Assembly: GCA_009694365.1 (NCBI GenBank)
Contig: SHVE01000005.1
Coordinates: 20,175 to 84,174 of the forward strand
Reading direction: 5' to 3'
From: Thermoleophilia bacterium
GTDB lineage: Bacteria; Actinomycetota; Thermoleophilia; Miltoncostaeales; Miltoncostaeaceae
Length of the DNA: 64,000 nt
Shown: piece by piece, positions 36,674 through 46,157 of the stretch
Layout: each line of letters opens with the position of its first letter
Numbering within the stretch: position 1 is the first letter of the stretch
Notes under the pieces: generated by a model
Database searches by the model: none
The model's input: the letters and a program-made list of their open reading frames with translations, nothing else
Told to the model about the DNA's origin: nothing
Translations under genes and position numbers: made by a program

Positions 36674-37810
36674 ATGACGACTTTCCTCCATACCGCCGAC
36701 TGGCATCTGGGCATGACCCGGCGCTTCCTTTCCTCAGAGGCGCAGGCGCGCTACGCAGACGCTCGCATCCAAGCGGTACGTGATCTCGCAGGCATCGCGC
36801 GCGATGAGGAGTGCGCATTCGTGGTGGCCTGCGGCGATCTGTTCGACTCCAACCATGTGGATCGTCAGATCGTGGCACGGGCGCTTGAGGCGATGGCGGC
36901 GTTCACGGTCCCCGTTCTGCTGTTACCCGGTAACCACGATCCGCTGGATGCCGGATCGGTGTATCGGTCGCGCATGTTCCTCGAGCGGAAGCCCGCCGCG
37001 GTCACGGTGATCGAGGGAACGGACCCCATCGCGGTGGTTCCTGGGATCGAGGTGGTGGGTGCGCCGTGGACCACGCGGCGCCCGGGGGCCGATCTCGTGG
37101 CGGCGGCGCTCACGGGACTCGCACCGCCCCCTTCGGGGACGACGCGAGTTCTCGTGGCGCATGGGGTGGTGGACGTGCTCTCCCCAGACCCCGACGACCC
37201 CGGGCTTATCGTCACGGCCTCGCTCCGTGCGGCGTTGGACGCCGGGGTGGCCTCGTACGTCGCGCTTGGGGATCGCCACTCCTGCACCGTGGTGGTGGAT
37301 GATCCGCGCGTGCGGTATCCCGGTTCACCGGTCGCCACCGATCACCGCGAGGTGGACTCGGGCTCGGCGTTGGTGGTGCGGCTGGGCGACGGTTCCGTCG
37401 ACGCCCGGTCGGTGCCGGTGGGTCACTGGGCCTTTGTGCGGCGTGACGTGCTCCTGAACGGGGACGAGTCGATCGAGCACCTCGGTACGGATCTGGCGGT
37501 CATCCCAGACAAACAGCGCACGATCGTCCGCCTCGCGCTGGCGGGAACCCTCAGAATGGGTGAGGACGCTCGTCTGCACCAGATGTTGGCCGAGTATGAG
37601 GACCTGTTCGCAAGCCTGACTGTGTCGGAGCGCAGCAGCCGTGTGGTGGTGGTGGGGGACGAGAGCGAGTTGCACGACCTCGGCCTGTCGGGGTACGCGA
37701 ACGCGGCCGTGGCCGAGATCAACGCGCTGTCGGTGGCCGAGGGGCCCCAGCAGCGGGCAGCCCAAGATGCGCTCCGCATCGTGTACCGCCTCGTGGGATC
37801 GCGTACATGA
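36674..37810 (+). CDS. sbcD: SbcD/Mre11-family metallophosphoesterase nuclease subunit
   Basis: LHTADWHLG, GDLFD and PGNHD calcineurin-like motifs. Confidence 0.8.
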   Translation: MTTFLHTADWHLGMTRRFLSSEAQARYADARIQAVRDLAGIARDEECAFVVACGDLFDSNHVDRQIVARALEAMAAFTVPVLLLPGNHDPLDAGSVYRSRMFLERKPAAVTVIEGTDPIAVVPGIEVVGAPWTTRRPGADLVAAALTGLAPPPSGTTRVLVAHGVVDVLSPDPDDPGLIVTASLRAALDAGVASYVALGDRHSCTVVVDDPRVRYPGSPVATDHREVDSGSALVVRLGDGSVDARSVPVGHWAFVRRDVLLNGDESIEHLGTDLAVIPDKQRTIVRLALAGTLRMGEDARLHQMLAEYEDLFASLTVSERSSRVVVVGDESELHDLGLSGYANAAVAEINALSVAEGPQQRAAQDALRIVYRLVGSRT

Positions 37811-40473
37811 GAATCCACCGTGTGTCGCTGCGTGATTTCCGGGGGGTGGTCACCGCCGACATCCACCTCGCCCCGGAGGGCATCACAATCGTCCAAGGTC
37901 CCAACGAGGTGGGCAAGACGAGCGTGGCGGATGCCATCGAGATGCTCATCACCGACCCCGACTCGTCGACGAGGGGGCGTGTGAAGGCCGCGCAGCCGGC
38001 AGGGAAGGACGTGGGCCCCTGGGTGGAGATGGAGTTCGAGACGGGCGATTACCGGCTCACCTACTCCAAGCGCTGGGTGCGGAACGCCGGCACCGAGCTC
38101 ACCATCGTCGCCCCCGTGCATGAGCAACTAACCGGGCGATCGGCACACGATCGGGTGCGGGAGATCCTCGACGAGACCCTTGACTCCGCCCTGTTCGCTG
38201 CTCTCCGACATCAGCAGGGTGTGCCGCTCGGACAAGCCGATCTGGCGGGCAGCGCGTCGCTCGCCCGGGCGCTCGATCGCGCCGCGCAGGGTGGACCGAT
38301 CGGTGCCGTTGACGCCGCCGAGTCCGATCTCATCGGCGCGATCGACGCGGAGCGGCAGATGTGGAGCACCAAAGGGGGCCGTCCCAACCGAGCACGGCAG
38401 GAGCTCCGCGACGCTGCCGATGTGGCCCGCGACACGCTGGCGACGGAGTCGGCGGCCCTGAACGGGCTTGAGGACCGCATCGAAGAGCACCAGAGGATTG
38501 AGCACGACCTCATCGTGGGTGATGCCGGTGAGCCCGAGATGCGTGATCGCGTCGCCACCATCGAGGCGGAGAATGTCGCAATCGCGGATCGTGAGAGAAC
38601 GGTGCACGATCTCGATCAGGCGGCGCAGCTTGCGGACAGCGTCGCGCGTGAGGCGACAACCGCATCCGACACCCGCACGCGGCTCGTGGATACCTTGGCC
38701 GAAGCGGATGCGCGTATCGCGGACATCGGGGCGGATGAGCAGCGTGCGGGTGGGCGAATGGACGGTGCGACCACCACCCGCGATGCCGCCGCCGCCCGTC
38801 TCGCGCTTGCCGCGGAGTCCCGGGTGCGTGCTGACGCCGCGTTCGACGCCGCCGCGGCGGATGCCGAGCACCTGCGCGACGTATTCGACCTCGGGTTTCT
38901 CCGGGAACGCGACGTCCAGGTACGCACGGCGGACGAGATCATCACGGCGTGCGACGCGTTCCTGCTCGATTGCCCCCTGTCTGCGCTACTCATGGAACAG
39001 ATCGACGACGCGGCCGAGTTGGATGCCATGGCGCGGGGGCGGTTGGGAATTGCGTCCACCCGGGTACGGGTGACGGCAGAGTCACCGCAACACATTCATG
39101 CCAACGGAGATGACCATCATCTGGGCTTGGATGAGGTTGTGGATGTGGATTTGGCTCCGGGCGCGGTGCTGCTGCTACCCGGCATCGTCCGGCTGGGCGT
39201 GATGGGGGACGACACCGCGGTGACCGACGCCGCGAGGGCGGCCTGTCACCTCGGCGACCTGCTTACGCTTGCGGGAATCGCCGAGGGCGGTGTCCTGGCG
39301 GCGCGCTCCCTCGATCGCCGTCGTCGGGAGGAGGAGGCGCGTGGGGAATCCGCGCGCGACGATCGCACTCAGCAACTTCGCGACCTCACGTCGGACGAGA
39401 TGGACGGGAAGATTGCCCGTGCCGAGGAGCGGGTTGTCGAGTACACCGAATCACGGGCCGCTGATGTGGTGGTGCCTGCGAGCGTTGAGGAGGCAAATTC
39501 CGCCCGCGCCCGTGCGGAAGAGGATCGGGGGGCCGCGCGGCGGGAGGAAGACTCCGCCCGTGATGCCCACTCCGTGTCCCAGCAGGCGGTAACGGCGCTT
39601 CAGACCGCCGCCGCCGTGCGGGGCAGTCTCCTAGGCGTGGTCCAGGAAAAGGCGGATACGGATCGCGTTGCCTTGGAAGAGGCCCGGACCGGGAGCCCAG
39701 ACGCGGCGCTCGATGCTGCGGCAACGCGGTTGCGCGCCGAGGCCGTGGAGGCGCACGATCGTCACGCGGCGGAGGCCGAGGCACTGCGGAAGGAGGATCC
39801 GGACGTGGTACGCGAGCGGTTGGACAACGCCCGCGGGGCGGTGGAGCGCCTCATGCGTGAGCGCGGTGATCTCCGCCTGCGCAGGGAACGGCTGGCCGGG
39901 GAAATCTCGTCGGTGGGTGACGACGGGCTCGCCGATCGGGTGGCACGGGCAACCGATCAACTCGAGGCCGCCGAGGCGTCCCGCGACGACGCCGAGCGCC
40001 GGGGTGATGCCGCCGACCTGTTGTACGAGGTGATGATGCGCCACCGGGACGCCGCGCAACGTTCGTACGTGGCCCCGTTCCGTGCCGAGATCGAACGCCT
40101 CGCGGCCTTCGTGTTCGGTCCGGGAACCACGGTGGACGTGGACCACACGACCCTCGCCGTCCAGAGGCGGACGCGTGGGGGCGTAACCGTGGAGTACGAC
40201 AATCTGTCGGGTGGTGCGCGAGAGCAGTTGGCTGTGATCGGTCGGCTGGCCGCCGCCACTATGACCGCACCGGACGACGGATCGGCAGGCGGGGGCACGC
40301 CGGTCATTATCGACGATGCTCTGGGGTACTCAGACGCCGTCCGTCTCGAGGGAATCGGCGCTGCGCTGGCCGCCGCGGGGCGGCGGTGTCAGGTGATCGT
40401 GCTCACCTGCATGCCCGAGCGGTATTCGGGTATCGGGTCCGCGACGGTGGTGCGCATGGAGGTTACGCGGTAA
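37807..40473 (+). CDS. sbcC: SbcC/Rad50-like AAA ATPase with a long coiled-coil
   Basis: Walker A GPNEVGKTS, a long Ala/Glu/Arg-rich helical middle, C-terminal LSGGAREQL signature and VIIDDALG Walker B. ATGA overlap with sbcD. Confidence 0.8.
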   Translation: MRIHRVSLRDFRGVVTADIHLAPEGITIVQGPNEVGKTSVADAIEMLITDPDSSTRGRVKAAQPAGKDVGPWVEMEFETGDYRLTYSKRWVRNAGTELTIVAPVHEQLTGRSAHDRVREILDETLDSALFAALRHQQGVPLGQADLAGSASLARALDRAAQGGPIGAVDAAESDLIGAIDAERQMWSTKGGRPNRARQELRDAADVARDTLATESAALNGLEDRIEEHQRIEHDLIVGDAGEPEMRDRVATIEAENVAIADRERTVHDLDQAAQLADSVAREATTASDTRTRLVDTLAEADARIADIGADEQRAGGRMDGATTTRDAAAARLALAAESRVRADAAFDAAAADAEHLRDVFDLGFLRERDVQVRTADEIITACDAFLLDCPLSALLMEQIDDAAELDAMARGRLGIASTRVRVTAESPQHIHANGDDHHLGLDEVVDVDLAPGAVLLLPGIVRLGVMGDDTAVTDAARAACHLGDLLTLAGIAEGGVLAARSLDRRRREEEARGESARDDRTQQLRDLTSDEMDGKIARAEERVVEYTESRAADVVVPASVEEANSARARAEEDRGAARREEDSARDAHSVSQQAVTALQTAAAVRGSLLGVVQEKADTDRVALEEARTGSPDAALDAAATRLRAEAVEAHDRHAAEAEALRKEDPDVVRERLDNARGAVERLMRERGDLRLRRERLAGEISSVGDDGLADRVARATDQLEAAEASRDDAERRGDAADLLYEVMMRHRDAAQRSYVAPFRAEIERLAAFVFGPGTTVDVDHTTLAVQRRTRGGVTVEYDNLSGGAREQLAVIGRLAAATMTAPDDGSAGGGTPVIIDDALGYSDAVRLEGIGAALAAAGRRCQVIVLTCMPERYSGIGSATVVRMEVTR

Positions 40474-40965
40474 CCCAGAGGCCGCGCGCCTCGGGGGATC
40501 GTCGGTGGGCGTCCGGTGGGGTGCCCGTGGTCATGCCGGCCGTCGTGGCGCCACTTGCCCGGGCGTGCGGCAATCCTGGCGTGCGCGGGCACCACGTGGT
40601 GACGGTCGGTCAGAGTTGGGGGCGGGACGAATCCCAACCGGCGCGCACACGCGTCAATCGCGCGCGCGCTCGTCCTATGAACCTTCCACGAAATCGGTGT
40701 GAGGTCCGCTGCCCAACCGACCCCCGCCGATGGCACGGTCCGACTGATCACGTTGTCACCTCACCGGTGCGCATGCCGGGTACCGACCGGCGGGAGTTCC
40801 CTCTCGTGGACCGGGCCACTGCTCGGCGATTGCCAGCAGGGGTCGTCTGCCTCCGGGTCGTGCGGCGGACGGGAGTGACCGATCAGTACGCACGGCGGGT
40901 CACGAGGTGGTTCGCCATCCGTGTGTCGCACGTTCTCGTACGTCCTGGTCCCCGACCGTCGTACC

Positions 40966-41463
40966 ATGACACCCATGGCTGACTCAGCGCACACCCGCCG
41001 CATCGGCGTGATCGTGGTGGATCACGGAAGCCGCCGCGCCGAGAGCAACGAGATGCTCGAGCAACTCACCCGCACCGCCATCGCCGATACGCTGTCGTAC
41101 GACATTGTTGAGCCTGCGCACATGGAGTTGGCCGAACCCTCCATCGCCGCCGCGTTCGACACCTGTGTGGCGCGCGGCGCGACGTCCGTCGTCATTCAGC
41201 CGTACTTCTTGCTGCCGGGTAGGCACTGGCATCAGGACATCCCAGCATTGGCCGAGGCGGCGGCGTCACGTCACCCGGAGGTGCCGTTTCTCGTGGCCGC
41301 TCCGTTCGGAGCGCACCCCCTGATGGCCGACGTGGTGTCGGCCCGCGTGGAGTACTGCCTTGCACACGCGCGCGGTGAAGTTCCGGAGTGTGAGGCCTGC
41401 GCCGGCACCGGTGTGTGCCGCATGCGTACCGCCGGGGCCATGGACGCATCGCTCGATCACTAG
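40966..41463 (+). CDS. CbiX/SirB-type sirohydrochlorin chelatase with a Cys-rich C-terminal tail
   Basis: IGVIVVDHGSRR N-terminus, typical of CbiX, and VVIQPYFLLPGRH. The tail is C-x10-C-x2-C-x5-C. Confidence 0.75.
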   Translation: MTPMADSAHTRRIGVIVVDHGSRRAESNEMLEQLTRTAIADTLSYDIVEPAHMELAEPSIAAAFDTCVARGATSVVIQPYFLLPGRHWHQDIPALAEAAASRHPEVPFLVAAPFGAHPLMADVVSARVEYCLAHARGEVPECEACAGTGVCRMRTAGAMDASLDH

Positions 41464-41470
41464 CAGGGGG

Positions 41471-41505
41471 CCACGGGTGGGCGGGTTACCCCCGCCCACC
41501 CGTGG
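41471..41505. terminator. Perfect 15-bp-stem hairpin between convergent cbiX and hup; probably a bidirectional terminator
   Basis: CCACGGGTGGGCGGG-TTACC-CCCGCCCACCCGTGG. It lies 8 nt after the cbiX stop and 7 nt after the hup stop. There is no U-tract. Confidence 0.6.
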
Positions 41506-41511
41506 TGCGAG

Positions 41512-41967
41512 CTACTTGCCCTTCTTTGGAGCTGCCTTCTTCACGTCCTTCTTCGCCACCGCAGCAATCTTCTTCACGTCTTTCGTGACCGATGCGGTGG
41601 CCTTCTTCACGACCTTGCCCGACGACGCCGCAACTTTCTTTACGTCCTTCTTGGCCGTGGGGGCCACTGGCGTGCCGAGCGGCTTGAACTTGCCGTTCGC
41701 GGCCTCCTTGAAACGACTACCCGCCGCGAAGCGGACCACGGTGCGGGCCGGAATCTTGACCTTCTGGGTTGGGTTGCGGGGGTTGACGCCCGTTCGGGCG
41801 GCACGACGCGCCGTCGAGAACGTGCCGAATCCGAGGAACGCGATGCGCTCGCCCTTGTGGACACCCTCCTTCAGAAGATCAAGGAAGTGCTCGGTGACGT
41901 TGGCAGCTTGAGCGAGCGTCAACTCGGTCCGCCCGGCCAATTCCTTCGCGAACTCGGTCTTGTTCAT
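41512..41967 (-). CDS. hupB: HU-family nucleoid protein with a Lys/Ala-rich C-terminal tail (actinobacterial HupB type)
   Basis: HU fold (MNKTEF...GFGTF...R.ARTGVNPRNP). The ~60-aa tail carries repeated KKDVKK/AKK units. Confidence 0.9.
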   Translation of the reverse strand: MNKTEFAKELAGRTELTLAQAANVTEHFLDLLKEGVHKGERIAFLGFGTFSTARRAARTGVNPRNPTQKVKIPARTVVRFAAGSRFKEAANGKFKPLGTPVAPTAKKDVKKVAASSGKVVKKATASVTKDVKKIAAVAKKDVKKAAPKKGK

Positions 41968-42027
41968 TCCGGACCCCTAACTGTCCGTGAAAGAAGGTGG
42001 CGCGCCTGTGGTGATGCGACTTTTGCG

Positions 42028-42036
42028 ATATTACCA
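42028..42036 (-). promoter_or_regulatory. Candidate extended -10 promoter element for hup (TGGTAATAT)
   Basis: The only AT-rich hexamer in the hup upstream region. TGn-TAATAT lies about 60 nt upstream of the ATG. Confidence 0.3.
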
Positions 42037-42248
42037 GCGGTTTCGACGGATTATTACTCACGGGCCGTCCCAGAGCGGACCATGAAACCGGTCACGATGT
42101 GGGGTGGATCGTAGAATCGCGGGCAGACCCCATCGCGCCGCGGGCATGGTGCGTTCGGGCCCAACCCGGGGTCACCGAGTGGTGCGCGGTCGCGACGATC
42201 ACGGGCGCGAGGGGCCTCCGGCCTCCGGCCTCCGGTTGTCACCGGTCG

Positions 42249-42932
42249 TCACCGGTCGTCGCCAACGGCCGCCCGGTCGGCCACCAGCACGGCGCGTCTC
42301 GGGGCGACCCGCCCGGCGGAGATCGACGGATCACCCGCCCGCAGGCGGTGCAGTATGTCCCGCTTGTGCCGACCGGTGACCAACCACACCACGAGGCCCG
42401 CCGAATTGAGGGCGGGGTAACTGAGGGTCACCCGTAGAGTGCCGTCGTGCGGTTGTGTGGTGGCGATCACGGGGGCGTGATCGCCCGGGGGAACCGGATC
42501 GCCGAGTGTGAGGGATGCCGTGTGACCATCCTCCCCCAATCCCAGGTGCACGACGTCGATCGGGCCGTCGAGTGACGCGAGCACGCGCCCGTAGTCGGCA
42601 ATCGCCGCGTTGGCTCCGAGCGCCACCCGCATGGGGTGGAGGGTGGCGGCCGACGCCGCGGACTCCTGGATGAGCGGCGCGAGGCGCGAGAGGTTGCGAA
42701 CCGGATCCCCATCTGGTGCCACGCGTTCGTCCACTTGGAGCACGTCGACGGCGTGCCAGGCGAGGGGCAGGTGCACCAAGTGCGCGATCATCCGCCACGG
42801 GGTCGTGCCCCCGGACAACGCGACGGAGGCCCGTCCACGCAGGGCGATGGCGATGTCGAGGGCATCGGCGATGACATCGGCGGCGCGGGCATCGGCGGTG
42901 TCGGCATCGTCCGATACGAGCAGATCGGTCAT
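42249..42932 (-). CDS. pgl: 6-phosphogluconolactonase
   Basis: ALSGGTTP and GLGEDGHTASL motifs. Confidence 0.85.
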   Translation of the reverse strand: MTDLLVSDDADTADARAADVIADALDIAIALRGRASVALSGGTTPWRMIAHLVHLPLAWHAVDVLQVDERVAPDGDPVRNLSRLAPLIQESAASAATLHPMRVALGANAAIADYGRVLASLDGPIDVVHLGLGEDGHTASLTLGDPVPPGDHAPVIATTQPHDGTLRVTLSYPALNSAGLVVWLVTGRHKRDILHRLRAGDPSISAGRVAPRRAVLVADRAAVGDDR

Positions 42933-43000
42933 CGAGGTTGAGCGTAGTCTGTGGTCGGTGGGGTGCCGCGCGGGCGTGCACCGACCCCCGGGAGGTATGC

Positions 43001-44014
43001 ATGCGGATCGCGATGATGGGTCTCGGCAGGATGGGCGCCAACATGGCTGTGCGCCTCCAGCGCGCCGGGCATGAGGTGGTCGGGTTCGACCGGTCGCCCG
43101 TGGCCATCGCCCAGGCCGAGGAGCGCGGCATCGCGCCCGTCGCTGACGTGCGCACTCTCGTCGCGTCGCTCGATTCCCCGCGTGTGGTGTGGTTCATGCT
43201 TCCCGCGGCCGTGACGGGCGCCGCCATCGACGATGTGGCATCGCTCCTCGACCCCGGCGACATCGTGGTGGATGGGGGTAACGGCCGCCACCACGACGAC
43301 ATTTCGAGGGCCGCAGCGCTCGGTGCACGGGGAATCCACTACGTGGATGTCGGCGTGAGCGGTGGCGTGTGGGGGTGCGACCGCGGCTACTGCCTCATGG
43401 TGGGGGGCGACGAATCGGCAATCGCCACCTTGGCCCCAGTGCTCTCGGCGCTGGCCCCCGGCGTGGACGGTGCACCGCGCACCCCGGGCCGGACCGGTCC
43501 GCCCACCGCCGCCGAGGAGGGGTGGCTGCATTGCGGCCCCGTGGGTTCCGGGCACTTCGTGAAGATGGTGCATAACGGCATCGAGTATGGGTTGATGGCC
43601 GCGTACGCCGAGGGCCTCAACATCCTGCACCATGCCGATGCGGGCGCACAGACTCGCGTGGCGGATGCCGAGACGGCACCGCTGGATGATGAGCGTATGT
43701 ACCGCTACGACATCGACGTGGCGGCCATCACCGAGCTCTGGCGCCGGGGGAGTGTTGTGGGCTCCTGGCTGCTCGATCTCATTGCGGAGCAGTTCGTGGC
43801 CGATGCCACCCTCGAAGGCTTCGCCGGCCACGTGGCCGACTCGGGCGAGGGCCGTTGGGCACTGCAGGCCGCGATTGACGAGGGGGTGCCATCCCCGGTG
43901 CTCGCGGCCGCGTTATTCAGCCGGTTCTCCAGCCGTGGCAACGACGAGTTCGCGAACAAGGTGCTGTCCGCCATGCGGCGGGGCTTCGGCGGGCACGTGG
44001 AGAACGGCGGGTGA
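43001..44014 (+). CDS. gnd: 6-phosphogluconate dehydrogenase, decarboxylating (short Gnd/YqeC type)
   Basis: MRIAMMGLGRMGANMA Rossmann N-terminus and GSGHFVKMVHNGIEYG. ATG at 43001 is preceded by GGGAGG. Confidence 0.85.
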   Translation: MRIAMMGLGRMGANMAVRLQRAGHEVVGFDRSPVAIAQAEERGIAPVADVRTLVASLDSPRVVWFMLPAAVTGAAIDDVASLLDPGDIVVDGGNGRHHDDISRAAALGARGIHYVDVGVSGGVWGCDRGYCLMVGGDESAIATLAPVLSALAPGVDGAPRTPGRTGPPTAAEEGWLHCGPVGSGHFVKMVHNGIEYGLMAAYAEGLNILHHADAGAQTRVADAETAPLDDERMYRYDIDVAAITELWRRGSVVGSWLLDLIAEQFVADATLEGFAGHVADSGEGRWALQAAIDEGVPSPVLAAALFSRFSSRGNDEFANKVLSAMRRGFGGHVENGG

Positions 44015-45414
44015 GCACCCCCGCGGACGGAATCGTCCTCTTCGGTGCCACGGGTGACCTGGCCTACAAGAAGCTCTTTCCTGCGCTCCGGTCACTTGAA
44101 GAGCGCGGGCTGCTGGGGATGCCGGTCATCGGAATCGCCCGCGAGGGGTGGACGCGCGAGAGGCTCTGCACCCGGATCCGTGCGTCGCTGGCGGATGCCG
44201 GGGTGCCGCCCGGCGACCCCGCCGCGATGCGACTCATCGCCTCAGTTCGCTACGTGCACGGTGAGTACGCCGACCCCGCCACGTTCGACCGGCTCGCCGC
44301 CGCGATGTCGGACGTCTCACGTCCGGTTTTCTATCTGGCGATCCCCCCGGCCTTCTTCGGCGGGATCGTGGACGCCCTCACGGCGCAGGGGCTCACCACC
44401 GGTGCCCGGGTGGTGGTCGAGAAGCCGGTCGGCCGGGATCTCGCATCGGCCAAAGATCTGAACGCCCTCCTCGCCCGCGATCTGCACGAGGATCAGATCT
44501 TCCGAATCGACCACTTCCTCGGCTACGAGCAGGTGCAAAACCTCATTGTCACGCGGTTCGGCAACGCCCTGCTCGAGCCCCTGTGGAACCGACGTTACGT
44601 GAGCCACGTGCACATCGAGATGAGCGAGTCGTTCGGTGTGGACGGTCGGGGCGCGTTCTACGAGACGGTCGGATGCCTGCGTGACGTGGTGCAGAACCAC
44701 CTGTTGCAGTTGGTGTGCATCCTCGCCATGGAACCGCCGGTGTCGATGGACGCCGATTGCATCGCCGACGAAAAGGTGAAGGTGCTCAAGTCCATCACGC
44801 CCCTCACGTCGGATGCGATCGTGCGCGGGCAGTACGAGGGTTATTGCGACGAGGCAGGCGTGGCCCCGGACAGCGATGTGGATACCTTCTGCGCCCTCCG
44901 TTTCGAGATCGACTCGTGGCGGTGGGCCGGCGTGCCGTTCACCATCCGCGCGGGCAAACGGCTGGCGCGTACCGTCACTGAGGCGGCGGTGGAGTACGGC
45001 CGGCCCCCCCGCCAACTCGTCACAGACGCCGACGGGCAGGTCGAACCAAACCGGATGCGGTTCCGTCTGAAGCCCGACGACCTCATCCAGATCAGCCTGC
45101 AGGTGAAGCAGCCGGGCGACGAGTTGGTCATGGAGACCGTTGACCTGTCGGTGCACTACGCCGAGCGACTCGGCCCGCCGGGTCCGGCGGCATACGAGCG
45201 CCTCCTCGGCGACGCCATCATCGGCGAGAAGCGCCTGTTCGCGCGCGGTGACCTCGTGGAGGCATCGTGGGGGGTCATCGAGCCGCTCTTGGTGGATCCG
45301 CCGCCGGTGTTCCGGTACCGGTGCGGCAGCATGGGGCCGGTGGAGGCCGACCGCCTGCTCCCTCTGAATCTCGATTCGATGTTGAGTCAATCGCACGTCC
45401 CCATGACGACATGA
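44011..45414 (+). CDS. zwf: Glucose-6-phosphate dehydrogenase
   Basis: LFGATGDLAYKKLFPAL, RIDHFLGYE and VQNHLLQ motifs. The start overlaps the gnd stop. Confidence 0.92.
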   Translation: MSTPADGIVLFGATGDLAYKKLFPALRSLEERGLLGMPVIGIAREGWTRERLCTRIRASLADAGVPPGDPAAMRLIASVRYVHGEYADPATFDRLAAAMSDVSRPVFYLAIPPAFFGGIVDALTAQGLTTGARVVVEKPVGRDLASAKDLNALLARDLHEDQIFRIDHFLGYEQVQNLIVTRFGNALLEPLWNRRYVSHVHIEMSESFGVDGRGAFYETVGCLRDVVQNHLLQLVCILAMEPPVSMDADCIADEKVKVLKSITPLTSDAIVRGQYEGYCDEAGVAPDSDVDTFCALRFEIDSWRWAGVPFTIRAGKRLARTVTEAAVEYGRPPRQLVTDADGQVEPNRMRFRLKPDDLIQISLQVKQPGDELVMETVDLSVHYAERLGPPGPAAYERLLGDAIIGEKRLFARGDLVEASWGVIEPLLVDPPPVFRYRCGSMGPVEADRLLPLNLDSMLSQSHVPMTT

Positions 45415-46157
45415 GGCGTGCCCTCGGCATCGACGTGGGCGGGAGCGGGATCAAGGCCGCGGTCGTGGACCTCGACCGGGGTGAGATCGTCGGCGAGCGG
45501 GTGCGGGTGGACACGCCCCATCCGGCCACACCCGACGCCGTGGTGGGCGCCACGCACGAGTTGGTGGCACATCTGCTCACCGGTGACCCGGTGGGCATCG
45601 GGTTGCCCGGGCCGGTGGTGGATGGCGTACTCACGGTCGCCACACACATCGATTCGGCTTGGGTGGGGATGCTCGTCGAACCCCTGTTCACCGAGGCCCT
45701 CGGCTGTCCAGTGGCGGTGCTGAACGACGCCGATGCGGCGGGTATCGCCGAGGCCACCTACGGGGCCGCCATGGGGATCTCCGGCACCGTGCTCCTGCTC
45801 ACGCTCGGCACGGGCATCGGCTCGGCCCTGCTCCGGGACGGTGTGCTCGTGCCCAACACCGAGTTCGGACACGTTTCGGTGCGAGGGATGGATGCCGAAC
45901 ACCTTGCGGCGGCATCCGTGCGGTCCGCGGAGGCCCTGTCGTGGAAGGAGTGGGCCGATCGCCTGTCGGAGGTCATTTCCGTGATGGACGGCCTCTTCTG
46001 GCCCGATCTGGTGCTTCTTGGCGGCGGCGTTTCGCGCGAAGCTGACCAGTTCATCCACTTGCTGGACGTACGTCCCCCCGTATGTGCTGCCGCGCTTCGG
46101 AACCGGGCGGGCATTGTCGGCGCGGCGGCGTTCGCGGATCGGCAGCGGGTGGCATGA
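45411..46157 (+). CDS. ppgK: ROK-family polyphosphate/ATP glucokinase
   Basis: LGIDVGGSGIKAAVVDL, NDADAAG and GTGIGSAL motifs. ATGA overlap with the zwf stop. Confidence 0.85.
   Translation: MRRALGIDVGGSGIKAAVVDLDRGEIVGERVRVDTPHPATPDAVVGATHELVAHLLTGDPVGIGLPGPVVDGVLTVATHIDSAWVGMLVEPLFTEALGCPVAVLNDADAAGIAEATYGAAMGISGTVLLLTLGTGIGSALLRDGVLVPNTEFGHVSVRGMDAEHLAAASVRSAEALSWKEWADRLSEVISVMDGLFWPDLVLLGGGVSREADQFIHLLDVRPPVCAAALRNRAGIVGAAAFADRQRVA

Noticed and set aside
36453-36677. A 74-aa ORF ending in an ATGA overlap with sbcD.
   Set aside because: Its composition is Arg/Cys/Pro-rich and there is no recognisable domain. It was judged non-coding.
36674-40473. The metallophosphoesterase plus 888-aa SMC-like ATPase pair might be an anti-phage system (Lamassu/Wadjet/Gabija-like).
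   Set aside because: The two-gene architecture, sizes and motifs match the widely conserved actinobacterial SbcD/SbcC-like pair. No additional effector or specificity genes are adjacent, and the context is housekeeping.
40474-40965. Cobalamin riboswitch upstream of cbiX.
   Set aside because: Only isolated fragments (GCCACTG, GGTGCG) are present. The AGGGAA / GGTG.AA.TCC / B12-box blocks could not be found in the right order. It is reported only as something to test with a covariance model.
42213-42262. Short tandem repeats: (CCTCCGG)x3 and (TCACCGGTCG)x2 at the pgl 3' end.
   Set aside because: The copy number is very low. They partly overlap the pgl stop region. They are compatible with chance or slippage in GC-rich DNA, and no function is suggested.
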